64,000 nt of DNA from Nemertoderma westbladi (lineage: Eukaryota; Animalia; Xenacoelomorpha): the NCBI GenBank assembly GCA_032718475.1, contig JAUCBJ010000011.1:64702-128701 (forward strand), read 5' to 3'. Below the pieces are notes generated by a model. That model searched no databases. It was not told the origin of the DNA and saw only the letters and a list, made by a program, of their open reading frames with translations. The first letter of the stretch is position 1. The number at the start of each line of letters is the position of its first letter. The position numbers and the translations under genes are program-made. Shown in pieces: positions 49,412 to 59,994 of this stretch.

Positions 49412-50647
49412 GGCTCCTCCCCGAGGCGCACCCATGAGGCGGACGCTGTCCCACTACCCTTGGGGCCAGTCCGACTCCGTTTTTATCAGACCGGGCCGGA
49501 GGGTAGCCCGATGCTTCCCGGGTTCACTTTTCAATCCCCCGATCACACCGGCACAGCTCGTCGGTGTAGCCAGATGGTCGGCTACTGTCAACTTACTGTG
49601 GCCTGACTGTACATTGAGCCAACTCAGAGAGTCAACCGGCGGGTGGACCAGTCGATAGCGATCGAGCATCAAGGTCGCCCTTGAGCCAAACCGACGGTCT
49701 TGTCCCAAGCGGGCTTGCGCTACCCACATGGAATATTGACCGTTTTCACCCGCCTCGCCGGCAGTATTGAGGGGAAGTCGGTTCCGCAAACAATACTGAC
49801 TAGCTCGAAAGCTAGGAACAAGTAACCACTTACCAGTCACTGTACACGTGTACTCAACAGATGTTCACAATATCAAGTACACTACGGTAAACACAAAATC
49901 TGACGCATACCAGAGGACATAATCGGGGAAGACAAAATCGGTGACAAAATCAGAGGGGACAAAATTGTATCGACTAATAAAAAGTCAAGAGTACTTTATT
50001 TTACCGACAGGGTAAAATAACTTTGTGTGCACAAAGTATGCTGGGGCGCAGTAAAATATGGTCCTACTAATAACCGGCGGCGACTGAACCAACCGGCAAG
50101 GTTTCCCACACTCACTCGCAGTGGCCATACATACACTCACGTATACCACGTACACACACAAACCACAGATTCCAGAGTATCATTCACTCGGACCACACTA
50201 CAACACCAACCCCTCCTTGCAGCCGATATTCCGGGTGCCACCTCCATTCCAATAGTAGTACCAACAGAATCATCAGAACCTGTCCATTCCGATGCAACAC
50301 CTCCATTCCAATAGTGCTACCCTGGGAAAAAACACGCTTTGGCAACCGATCGGAGACAGTACAGAGTCTGGTCAACTCATACATACCAAACATAGACCTA
50401 CCACATAAACCACATAAACCACAGATCACACTAAGCCACCACCCCTACTGTGTACAGGACTGGCAGTACGGCAACAGGCCGACTAGACGGTACCACGGCA
50501 CCATGTTAATTCATGGTTCGCTAGACACGAGGGCCTTCAGTAACTCCCTTGCACTATACTCAGGATTTAACGTGCCCCCAGACCCTCACGAGTCCGCCGC
50601 CGCCTGTTAGAGCCACCCCTATAGAGACCTCACCTCTTTGGGTAGCT
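49412..50647. mobile_element. Unclassified 1236-bp insertion with 6-bp TSD interrupting gag-pol
   Basis: CTTCTG is duplicated at 49406-49411 and 50648-50653. Removing the insert and one copy restores the in-frame 'VVQLRVHGPQK|DASDIVNALLDSGS'. Confidence 0.88.
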
Positions 50648-52225
50648 CTTCTGAGGTCCATGGACCCGTAACTGGACTACAGGAAATTCTCGGATTCCTA
50701 CATTGGAAGTTGGTGCTTTCCACGATGGTTGTCGCTCAGAAGTAGTTAGAGTGAAGTCGTTGTCTGTATCCTTTTCATATGTGAGTGCTCGATACACTGC
50801 GGTATTTATCATGTAACAGGATTCGTTTTCGTCGGAGAACTCGTCTGTATAGAATCCTTCCATCTCAGATTGATCAGTGTCGTTCACATCACTGAATTGG
50901 ACATGTAGCTCGGAATCACTTACCTGATTCGGACTATTTCGCTCGAATTCAGCGTGCAACAAGATATGATGCTTCGCACCACACTTTGCACACCTTATGT
51001 CAGAGAAACAGGTACGCCGTTGGTGTCCTTGTCTGAGGCAATTATAACATAACCGCTTATCCCACATGACTTCGCGTCTCTCCGTTAATGACTTCTTCAG
51101 GAATTCATCACACATATTCAAACGGTGGGTCCCGTCACACAGCGCACATTTCGGTTTGATGTTACTTACCTTATTTTGAGTCACATTGTGTACACTTGCC
51201 TTTTCTTCGGGCTTTCTCACCGGAATTCTCTTGGGAGATGTGGGAGGAGTTTTTCTTACCTGTTCTCTCCTGTCATTTGCTCGAGACTTGAATTTACTTA
51301 CCTGATCTTTAGGCATTTTATTGACATAATAAGATCTATCAGTGTCTTTCCCGCTATCTTCTCCTTGAGAAGTCTGGCTTTCGCCGTCGTCTGTATAACA
51401 CACTGGTGTTACCTTTCTCCTAGAGACGGGTTTTTCACTTACCTTGTTTTCCGGTGTCTTCTCTCTGGACAGTTTCAGGAGCTGTAATTTCACTTCTCCA
51501 TCTAGGAATGACATGAGATCAGCCATGGTAGGGTCTCGTCGTTGTTGTTCCATCATATATAACACTTTCTTATCCCAGCGTGTACCTACTCCACCCTTCG
51601 GTAAAGTAGAAGCCACTGCTCTAATAACCATAGCATTCTGATACTCCTGAGACTTACCTAGCCAATCTAATTGTCTACAGATCTCCTGAATCTCATCGGA
51701 AAACTCGATAATTCCGCTGCTAATAAACTTTCGGGGCGCTACCAATTTTGCATACAAATACCCAGCGATGTTATTCCTATTACCATACCTGATGTTTAGT
51801 GTATCCCAAACTTGTCTTAATCCGTCTGGATGTCCAATAAACTTTAACGCCATTAACTTGGGAGATCCTTCCAAGCACTCGATGAGGTATCTAAGTTTTT
51901 CTCCATTAGATAGTACAGAGTTCTGTATGTTATCTTTGTAATATTCATTAAAAGGTAACCATTTCATCTCATCTCCATTGAACTTGACGATCTCTCCCAC
52001 CTTTACCGCTTGCCGGGCTTCGGTTCTAGCCATTTGACGCGTAAAACTTTCTTGGGCCATCGTGTTATTTAATATCGAGTTATCGGTATATAAATTTCTC
52101 GGATTATGATCAGTTCTATAGGGAATGTCATTATCAACAAGTCTATAATTACCCTTAATAGGGTTCACTATAGGAGTTTCTACTTCGCTAGCAGTATATG
52201 CGTGTAGGCTCCACACCTTGCGCAT
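50648..52225 (-). CDS. BEL/Pao gag core (DUF1759-like capsid region, zinc knuckles), originally continuous with pol
   Basis: 'KFNGDEMKWLPF...EKLRYLIECLEG...WDTLNIRYGN' capsid-like region, then CALCDGTHRLNMC, CYNCLRQGHQRRTC and CAKCGAKHHILLH, the three-knuckle BEL signature. Confidence 0.93.
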
Positions 52226-54377
52226 GAGATACTTCAGACCTAACAGGTTGACACATTGTTACAGGGGGTGGTGGTATACCCCTTTGTGTATTTACTAATT
52301 TATCGCGTTCTAGCGCGATACTTTGCTGCACTTCTTGCAACTCAAGCCTACTTTCCCTTACTGTGCCCTTGAATTGCTGAACCGTCTCCTGCATCTGCCC
52401 GAGCAGGAGATCCATCCCCCGCCGTCTCTCGTCCACCCATTCGACCGCCGAAGCGGGAGTCGCCAACGTTGTAGCGAGCGGACGAGGGACAACGGGCGAC
52501 AAATCAGGAATATTTCGCTCGGGGTCCAGGACCTGAACTGTCTCCTGGGCAGTTCTACGGGGCACAGGTAGCTTAGTGCTATGCAGAGGGAATTTAGAGG
52601 TAGTTTCAGGGAGCACAGGTGTGTCTATCACCGAAGGGGTGATTTCAAGAACAGGCCTAATTATTTCAGGCTCATCTACTATAGTAGGGAGTCTTTCTAT
52701 TTTAATTATTTGGTCTGTGGGCTCTGTACTACCTAAGTTGGTGTTATTTAGTTGCCTTCTAACAGCTGGAGGCAAATCAGGCAATTTCTGACGGTGGAAT
52801 GTTCTTTTACGTCTGCTTAGACGAGATCTATTTCCTTTGCCTTCAGTATCGGTGGTATCGCCTTCCTCAGATGATGTATATCCCTGTCTTTTGGGAGTAG
52901 ATCGATTCATCATCTGCATATTACTAGCTGCTAACTGTTTATTTATGCAGTCTTGATTCTCCTGAATGTTTTCCAATTCTAATTGGGTGGTTTCTTCAGC
53001 CGCTTTCCGTTCTGCTTCTGCCACTTTTGCCTCTGCCGCTGCCTCTGCCGCTGCCTCTGCCGCTTTTGCCTCTGCCGCTGCCTCTGCCGCTTTTGCCTTG
53101 GCCGCTGCCTCTGCCGCTTTTGCCTTGGCCGCTGCCTCTGCCGCTTTTGCCTTGGCCGCTGCCGCCTTTCTTTCTGCTTCTGCAGCTACCACTGCTGCTT
53201 TCTTTCTGTCTTCTATACGTTTTTTCTTTACTTGTTCTTCTTGGACTCGTGTGATGCGGAGTTGTTCATCAAATTTAGCCTGATTCGCAGCCCTCATTTC
53301 CACATCGATGGCATCCAACACAAGCTTGGTTCCTTCACTATTAGGGCTAAGTCCCTCTAACCTTCTCCTCAACTCGTCATCACCTAAAAAACGTTGATAG
53401 TCTGACAGATAGATGTCAATGGCATCCCTCTTATGCGGTTTCTCTGCCGTCGCTTCACTTTCCACTTGGGAAAAAGTAGCGTCTGTTGATTCTCCATGGG
53501 TTGAGCGCTCCTCTAGCTGAGCTTTCCACTGAGCTGTTCCTTGAACCTGGAGACTCAACCTTTGAAACCAAGTCTTTACGGCAACTTGCAACGACGTGTC
53601 TTGTCTTCGTTTAGAAGCCTCCTCAAAGGCCGATAATATTAGCCTGATTCGTAGAATTCTTTCTCTAACTTGATAAAGCAGTTGTCCCTGCTCTTGAGGT
53701 CCTTGTGGTTGTTGAAACAGTTGTCCTTTTACTCGCTCCATAGAGCTGAAGAATCCCTGTGCGTATCCGGCTGCGGACCTCTTCCACACAGCTGGATCTA
53801 TGGTTTCCTTGGCTACTCCCATCCGGTGTATGTCTTCCCAGGCAGCTTCTGATAAATCAAACGGGAGTCCGGGTCCGGGGAAGTTCCATTGCGACTCGAC
53901 AATAGACTTCAGTTCTTCACTCGTGTATCCCGCATAATTATCTTTAGTTGATCGTTGACTTCTCGCCCAATCGATCTGGTGTTCTTCCACTGCAATCAAT
54001 AACCTAGTGAGTACGGCTGCAGGAAGGATGAGAAGGGGATCCGAATAAACCGCATCCATCATCTTTGCTCCGCGTTCTGGTGTCAGTTCTACAGTATCCT
54101 CACTACTGGAGCTGTTGGGCCGTTGAGAAGTAAGTTCTTGGCTCGCGGGTTGTTGCTGTTCTGCTGCTTCTTGGTCCCGCTTGACCTGAGCTCGAGTGCC
54201 TATGATAGACCTACGATGTTGGACCAGCCTAGGTTCTGTTATTACTACAGGAGGGATGACCTTCCTCACAGTGGGAGGTGAACTGAACTTACGACTAGAC
54301 GGTTCTACGCCTCTATCTGAGTCGCAGATAGTTACATCTAATAAACTGTCTGACAGGTTCTGCTTAGTATCAGACAT
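52188..54377 (-). CDS. 729-aa N-terminal ORF of BEL copy 1 (coiled-coil, Ala/Lys/Glu repeat), offset +1 from gag
   Basis: Long ORF directly upstream of and overlapping gag. It is conserved as an open frame in copy 2 (62140 onward) and contains (AAAKAKAAE)n repeats. Confidence 0.85.
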   Translation of the reverse strand: MSDTKQNLSDSLLDVTICDSDRGVEPSSRKFSSPPTVRKVIPPVVITEPRLVQHRRSIIGTRAQVKRDQEAAEQQQPASQELTSQRPNSSSSEDTVELTPERGAKMMDAVYSDPLLILPAAVLTRLLIAVEEHQIDWARSQRSTKDNYAGYTSEELKSIVESQWNFPGPGLPFDLSEAAWEDIHRMGVAKETIDPAVWKRSAAGYAQGFFSSMERVKGQLFQQPQGPQEQGQLLYQVRERILRIRLILSAFEEASKRRQDTSLQVAVKTWFQRLSLQVQGTAQWKAQLEERSTHGESTDATFSQVESEATAEKPHKRDAIDIYLSDYQRFLGDDELRRRLEGLSPNSEGTKLVLDAIDVEMRAANQAKFDEQLRITRVQEEQVKKKRIEDRKKAAVVAAEAERKAAAAKAKAAEAAAKAKAAEAAAKAKAAEAAAEAKAAEAAAEAAAEAKVAEAERKAAEETTQLELENIQENQDCINKQLAASNMQMMNRSTPKRQGYTSSEEGDTTDTEGKGNRSRLSRRKRTFHRQKLPDLPPAVRRQLNNTNLGSTEPTDQIIKIERLPTIVDEPEIIRPVLEITPSVIDTPVLPETTSKFPLHSTKLPVPRRTAQETVQVLDPERNIPDLSPVVPRPLATTLATPASAVEWVDERRRGMDLLLGQMQETVQQFKGTVRESRLELQEVQQSIALERDKLVNTQRGIPPPPVTMCQPVRSEVSHAQGVEPTRIYC

Positions 54378-55755
54378 GTTTATGTGTACAGTTGAATGTC
54401 TACTGCTGTATTACAGTCTGAGCAAGTCTAGTAACTCAGTATTAACTGCTAGCCTAGTAATTAATTACCGGTACTGCTACTCAGTGTAGCGTGATATATA
54501 TAATATATTAGAATACCGGTATGATTATAGTATATATAACTATTATTACAGACTAGGTTTATCACAGAATACCGGTATAATTTTAGCACAAATATATATA
54601 AATATATAATAGGCCTATCGGGAATACCGGTATACAGCTTACAGTTTTGTAGTATATATAATTATAATTCTGGACTAGAATTAATTATAAAGTACCGGTA
54701 TAGTTTCAGCCTAAATTTATAGAAATAAAGATAATAGGCCTATCGTAAATACCGGTATATCAATTATTTTAAATAATTGAATTTCTGAATTTTAGGGTTA
54801 CTTGGTTACTTTACTTACTTTATTACCGCTATTTGAGCAGTAGTCCAACTGATATTGAGACCTAATGGTTGTATGGTAGGCCTACTATTTATAAATCGTT
54901 AGATTTGATTTATAATATATATATACCCGTTTTAATGGGTTTTGTCAGTATTTGAAATAAATGTTATTATTTCTGGGGGGTAATCACTACACAAAGCGGT
55001 ACGCTTTCAGTGAAGTGTTACTTATAGGACACTAAAACAAATAATGCTAATTTACCTAAGTTACTTAATACTACAAATTACGTACAATTCGGGTGAGATT
55101 ACAATCTCTAAATAAACACAAAAATTTACAAAAAACACAAAATACGAATTTTCAGGGTAATTTTACAAGAAGTCTACAAACCAGCCTAACAAAGGGTTAG
55201 AAATCTGGTTATTACAACGGACAGGGTACTACGGTATTTGAAAATAATAAGTAGTAGTAAAATACACTGCGTTGTCCAGATAGGAAAATACCACCGCCTG
55301 ACGACCTATAGCCGTATCGCTATAGGTTCTACGTTATGTATCACAGAGTGTTCCTACCTAGAAATTAATAGAGCTAATCGAACGTGCCTATCAACCACTT
55401 TACAATACAAATATAATGCCTACACTAATTACTTTCGGAAAGCACTGTACACTAAACCCTGAATTAGGTACGAGTACTTGTACACCAGATAATCAGTAGT
55501 TAAATATACTTGAACAGCTAAAAGAACCACGGCATCTGCTGGAGTGACCGGTGCACAAAATCACCAGTCTTTACCTACGCCAAGCAGCCCGTGTAGTACC
55601 GGGGTTAATTTAACTATAGCGGTATGTATAACAAACATAATTACTGTAGGAACAAACTTGGGGAATGAATGTTGCGAATAATTGCATAAACTCTGAATAA
55701 TAAATATTACGCTACGCGTACAAACTACTCAAACAAAATGCAGACCAAATACTGA

Positions 55756-56270
55756 CAGACTACTATCAAGCCTAAATAAACTACAGGACATGCAGACTCC
55801 GAAATGATTAGGTAGTATGCGTTCTAACCCAGTAGTACGACTTATTCTTTAGATGGGGGTTTACCTTACAGCTTTGGCTGCCCCTACTTCCTAACCGTTC
55901 TTTATCGGACAGAGGCTCTACACACACTGAAATCCTTCAGACCTAATAACAGCCAGACAACTATCCAGCCTACAAATTATCTAAATAAATATTATACGCT
56001 ACCTGTACAGACTACACAAACAAAGTACAGACTAAACGATGGCAGACTACTCTCAAGCCTAAATAAACTACAGGACATGCAGACTCCGAAATGATTAGGT
56101 AGTATGCGTTCTAACCCAGTAGTACGACTTATTCTTTAGTTGGGGGTTTACCTTACAGCTTTGGCTGCCCCTACTTCCTAACCGTTCTTTATCGGACAGA
56201 TGATCTACACACACTGCAATCCGTTCAGACTTAACAGCAATCAGACAACAGCTCAGCCTACAAATTGTCT
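55756..56270. repeat. ~287-bp tandem duplication in the BEL 5' UTR
   Basis: Units start at 55756 and 56043 (CAGACTACT.TCAAGCCTAAATAAACTACAGGACATGCAG...). The same duplication is present in copy 2 (~60265-60775). Confidence 0.85.
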
Positions 56271-56612
56271 GTACAATCTGATCAGGCTTACACGCCTTCT
56301 GTTCAATACTGGCCTACAAACAAATAAAACTTGACAGAAATAAGTAAAAATCTCAATAAAAAACCAGGGCTGCAGTCCCTGATTAATTAGTAAGGCCTAC
56401 CGGTATATAATTATCAAAATCGAATAATACTGCTGTACCTATACTGCTGTAGGTACCGGTCCGGATGATCAGGCAGTCAGGCCTACTGGTTACCGATCGA
56501 CCGGTACTTTCGACTAGATTGCTTACACCGCAATCCAGAAGCAATATCTGTTATTGTTCTTACCAGAACAATATTAAACTGTATTTAATGCCTACACTGC
56601 AATACAGACTAA

Positions 56613-56623
56613 ATATCCGTTAT
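56613..56623 (-). promoter_or_regulatory. Non-tRNA primer-binding-site position of copy 1 (ATAACGGATAT), complementary to LTR segment 57351-57361
   Basis: It abuts the 5' LTR, lacks TGG, and is a perfect 11-bp inverted repeat of 57351-57361. Confidence 0.7.
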
Positions 56624-57791
56624 TGTTCGCGCTTTCAGACCTTTGGCAGTTTAACCCGCCAAATTAGGATGTCTTCTAGATAATAATTCGCTTTTAGCCT
56701 ATGACAAGTATTTGATTCACTACACTAGTCGAAACCAATCTGTGCACGATCATTCACCCGCTGGATATACCCGGGAGATTGGGTTCGACGGCTTAATCGT
56801 ATTGCTATGTAGGCCTAATGTATTATTCGACTGACAGTATTATATAATCTCTGACAATATTATTCACCTTCGGGAAATATTAACAGTTCCTTTAGGACGT
56901 GGCGCTCTACCTATATAAACAGAGTTATGACTTAAACTACTCACAACGATATGGCTTAGTTATAATTCACATATATGGCGCATTCTTTAGGAAATGCTTC
57001 GTTATCAGTCTCACTCATACACAATGCTGCACAATACTGCACACTGATCTGCCGATCTTCACTGATTTTAGTCACATATAAAAGGAACACGGACCGAATC
57101 ATGTAGGGTCTATCAAATAACATTAGATTCACTTCAAACCACTTTAACATAAGTCACAATCGTTATATGTAACCTTTCTCTCTTACCTTCGGTATATCAA
57201 GAATATTGGGTTTTCGGGGTTATTTATCGTTATTCCAAATATAATAATTCATCAACCATATTATGAAGAACTGACAGTAAATAGCAGTATAACAATATAA
57301 AAGTATGCACAGGTTGTTTGATTAGGTATGGTATGTTATGTTTAGATATGATAACGGATATATGTCCTTATAATTAAGCCTACTAGTGTAAGACTAAAAA
57401 CTGGAAACACGGAGGTGCCAAAAGCCGGTTCTTAGGCTCTGGGCAAAAACATAACACTGAACCGATAAGAATAATCTTATTTACAAAGGCTTCCACCCAC
57501 CACAGAGAAAGAGCATACAGATAGGAAAATTCAGTTCAGTAGATCTGTGATAGGTCGAAATCAAAATCAACTCAAATCCTATTGGCAGATACAGAAAGCA
57601 GGGCTGTGGGGCAACTTTCCCAAGCTGGTTGGACAATCAAACGTAGCCCAGATCCCTTCGCACAGCAAATCAGCCAATCAGCCGGTAGCTTGCGCTATTC
57701 GAGTTATAGATCCCTTTTTAGAGTATTCCAGCGCCTGGGGGGAACTGGTTAGCAAGGCAAACGAATCAGTTATCCCACAAAAGCTTTTACA
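56624..57791 (-). repeat. 5' LTR of BEL copy 1
   Basis: 1168-bp direct repeat of 40665-41832, upstream of the ORFs on the minus strand. Confidence 0.97.
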
Positions 57792-58350
57792 AGTCCCAAT
57801 CCCAATAAACATTAACTTGGTCATTTTGGCGGCCAAAATTACCAAAATGGCCAAGTAAAAACTGCGGTATTCATGAAAGGAACTGCTGAGGCACGTTGGC
57901 TTGTCAATCACAGCCAGTGAATACAGGCTGAGTGTTAGTAAAGCCCAGCATGTTGGCGCTGAGGTAGAGTTCTGAGGTAGAGTTCTCTCTACCTTTAGGT
58001 AGAGAGAAAGGCTCCAGTGTAGTAATGGCTGGGCTCGCCACTGTAGTAAACAACATGCCCGTAAGAGTGCAGTGTGAGGCGCCCTAACTTATTATTTTCT
58101 ACATATTTTTTACTAATCTAATAATTAACACACCTTTACCTGTCACTTAGGTTAAAAAGCAGTGTGCTAGCACTTGCAGCGTAATAATTAATTATTTACT
58201 TTAATTCTATTTGATTGGTATTAAAAATAACAAGTTCATATATTTAATTTGTAAAAATTCTTTAAAATATGAGAAAAGTACTTTACATAGATTTTTCTTT
58301 ATTTAGCTGTTTAGTACGCTATAATATAAATGCTCTCATAAATACAGTTA

Positions 58351-58600
58351 GGGGGGGGGGGGGGGGGGGGGGACTGGACGCAATAAAAATGCATCACTCT
58401 CTAGGGGAAATTTGACGCAAATAATAGATGATTACTCTCAAAAATAAAACTGTAATGTTCATTTATGTTTAATTTATTGTTTTGGTTAAAATAACGTGCC
58501 ACTATAACCTGCTCCTTTCCCTAAATTGAGAATTTAACATTGAGGAGGGATATTAATTCGCCAAGGCGAGTTTTGCGTCCAGTCCCCCCCCCCCCCCCCC
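58351..58600. mobile_element. Small MITE-like element with poly-G/poly-C TIRs
   Basis: G22-ACTGGACGCAA ... TTGCGTCCAGT-C17 inverted ends. Confidence 0.6.
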
Positions 58601-58749
58601 TTGTCTCGATAAATAATAATTACATCATCATAAATTCACCCAAATATGCCGACTCTGTTGACTGTTAGCACAGAGCCAGAGCCTGATATTATATTGTTTT
58701 CAGTTACTATCGCCCTCGAATTCAGACCCAGCTACTAGAAATAGGCCGC

Positions 58750-59982
58750 TGTAAAAGCCTTTGCTGAATTGCCCCGTTATTTTTATTATCTTTTACATTA
58801 AAATACTCTGTAGTTGATTTAATAAGTGTAAGAGACCGTATTATTGCTGTATCGGTGTTTTTAGAGGATCTAAGACCTATTTCCTCCGTATGTGTACTGT
58901 GAAAGGCATATTTTATGATTCTATGGCAATTCGTGACGCAAAGGGGTGATAGCTACTCTTGAACAGTAGTTACTATGACTACGGTTAACAGCTGACATTC
59001 ATACGTGTTGATTTCCTTTGTTCTACGGCGTCTCTCAGTTCAGTCAGCCAATGAGAGCGTTTTTGTGGCTCCTTGTACAGAAAATTTCCGAGAAATGACG
59101 CAATGCCTATGTGCAGTGTTTACATTCAGTCCTGAGCCTAAGAAAGAACGGCTTGGAAGTATTTTGTGCCTTACTGTTTTTGGTCTTACACTAGTAGGTT
59201 TAATTATAAAGGGCATATATCCTTTAACATACCTAAAGACTACTGCTAACTGATCATACATCCTGACTGCTGAAACATTGCAAACTCGTAACAATCAGTG
59301 TTCAGTTGTTGTTTTATACTGCTATTTACTGTCAGTTCTTCATAATATGGTTGATGAATTATTATATTTGGAATAACGATAAATAACCCCGCAACCCAAT
59401 ATTCTTGATATACCGAAGGTAAGAGAGAAAGGTTACCAATAACGATTGTGACTTATGTTAAAGTGGTTTGAAGTGAATCTAATGTTATTTGATAGACCCT
59501 ACATGAGTCAGCCTGTGTTCCTTTTATATGTGACTAAAATCAGTGAAGATTGGCAGATTAGTGTGCAGTATTGTGCAGCATTGTGTATGAGTGAGTCTGT
59601 TAAAGAAGCAATTCCTAAAGAATGCGCCATATATGTGAATTATAATTAAGCCATATCGTTGTGAGTAGTTTAAGTCATAACTCTGTTTATATAGATAAAG
59701 CGCCACGTCCTAAAGGAACTGTTAATATTCCCGAAGGTGAATAATATTGTCAGAGATTATATAATACTGTCAGTCGAATAATACATTAGGCTTACATAGC
59801 AATAAAAATTAAACCGTCGAACCCAATCTCCCGGGAATATCCAGCGGGTGAATGGTCGCGCACGGATTGGTTTCGACTAGTGTAGTGAATCAAATACTTA
59901 TCATAGACTAAAAACAGATTTAATATCTAGAAGACATCTTAATTTGGTGGGTTAAACTGCCAAAGGTCTGAAAGCGCGAACA
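58750..59982 (+). repeat. 5' LTR of BEL copy 2 (~1233 bp)
   Basis: TGTAAAAGC...GCGCGAACA ends match copy 1. The 3' ~670 bp is highly similar, while the 5' ~380 bp is not alignable by eye. Confidence 0.85.
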
Positions 59983-59994
59983 TTAAAGGATATA
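59983..59994 (+). promoter_or_regulatory. Non-tRNA primer-binding-site position of copy 2 (TTAAAGGATATA), complementary to LTR segment 59216-59227
   Basis: It abuts the LTR end and is a perfect 12-bp inverted repeat of TATATCCTTTAA at 59216-59227. Confidence 0.7.

Larger units (their letters stand above)
40665..57791 (-). mobile_element. Full-length BEL/Pao LTR retrotransposon, copy 1 (17.1 kb including a 1.2-kb nested insertion)
   Basis: Two 1168-bp direct repeats with TG...CA ends and a 5-bp TSD AGTCC (40660-40664, 57792-57796). Gag with CCHC knuckles precedes PR-RT-RNaseH-IN, the order and motifs of BEL/Pao. Confidence 0.97.

Noticed and set aside
49412-50647. The insertion as a spliceosomal intron that would restore gag-pol
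   Set aside because: It does not start with GT on the element strand. Using the nearby GTGAGG donor with either terminal AG leaves pol out of frame.
59828-59862. HDV-like ribozyme in the LTR (…CCAGCGGGTGAATGGTC)
   Set aside because: Only superficial similarity to the HDV 3' end. The catalytic C is absent and the nested double pseudoknot cannot be built.
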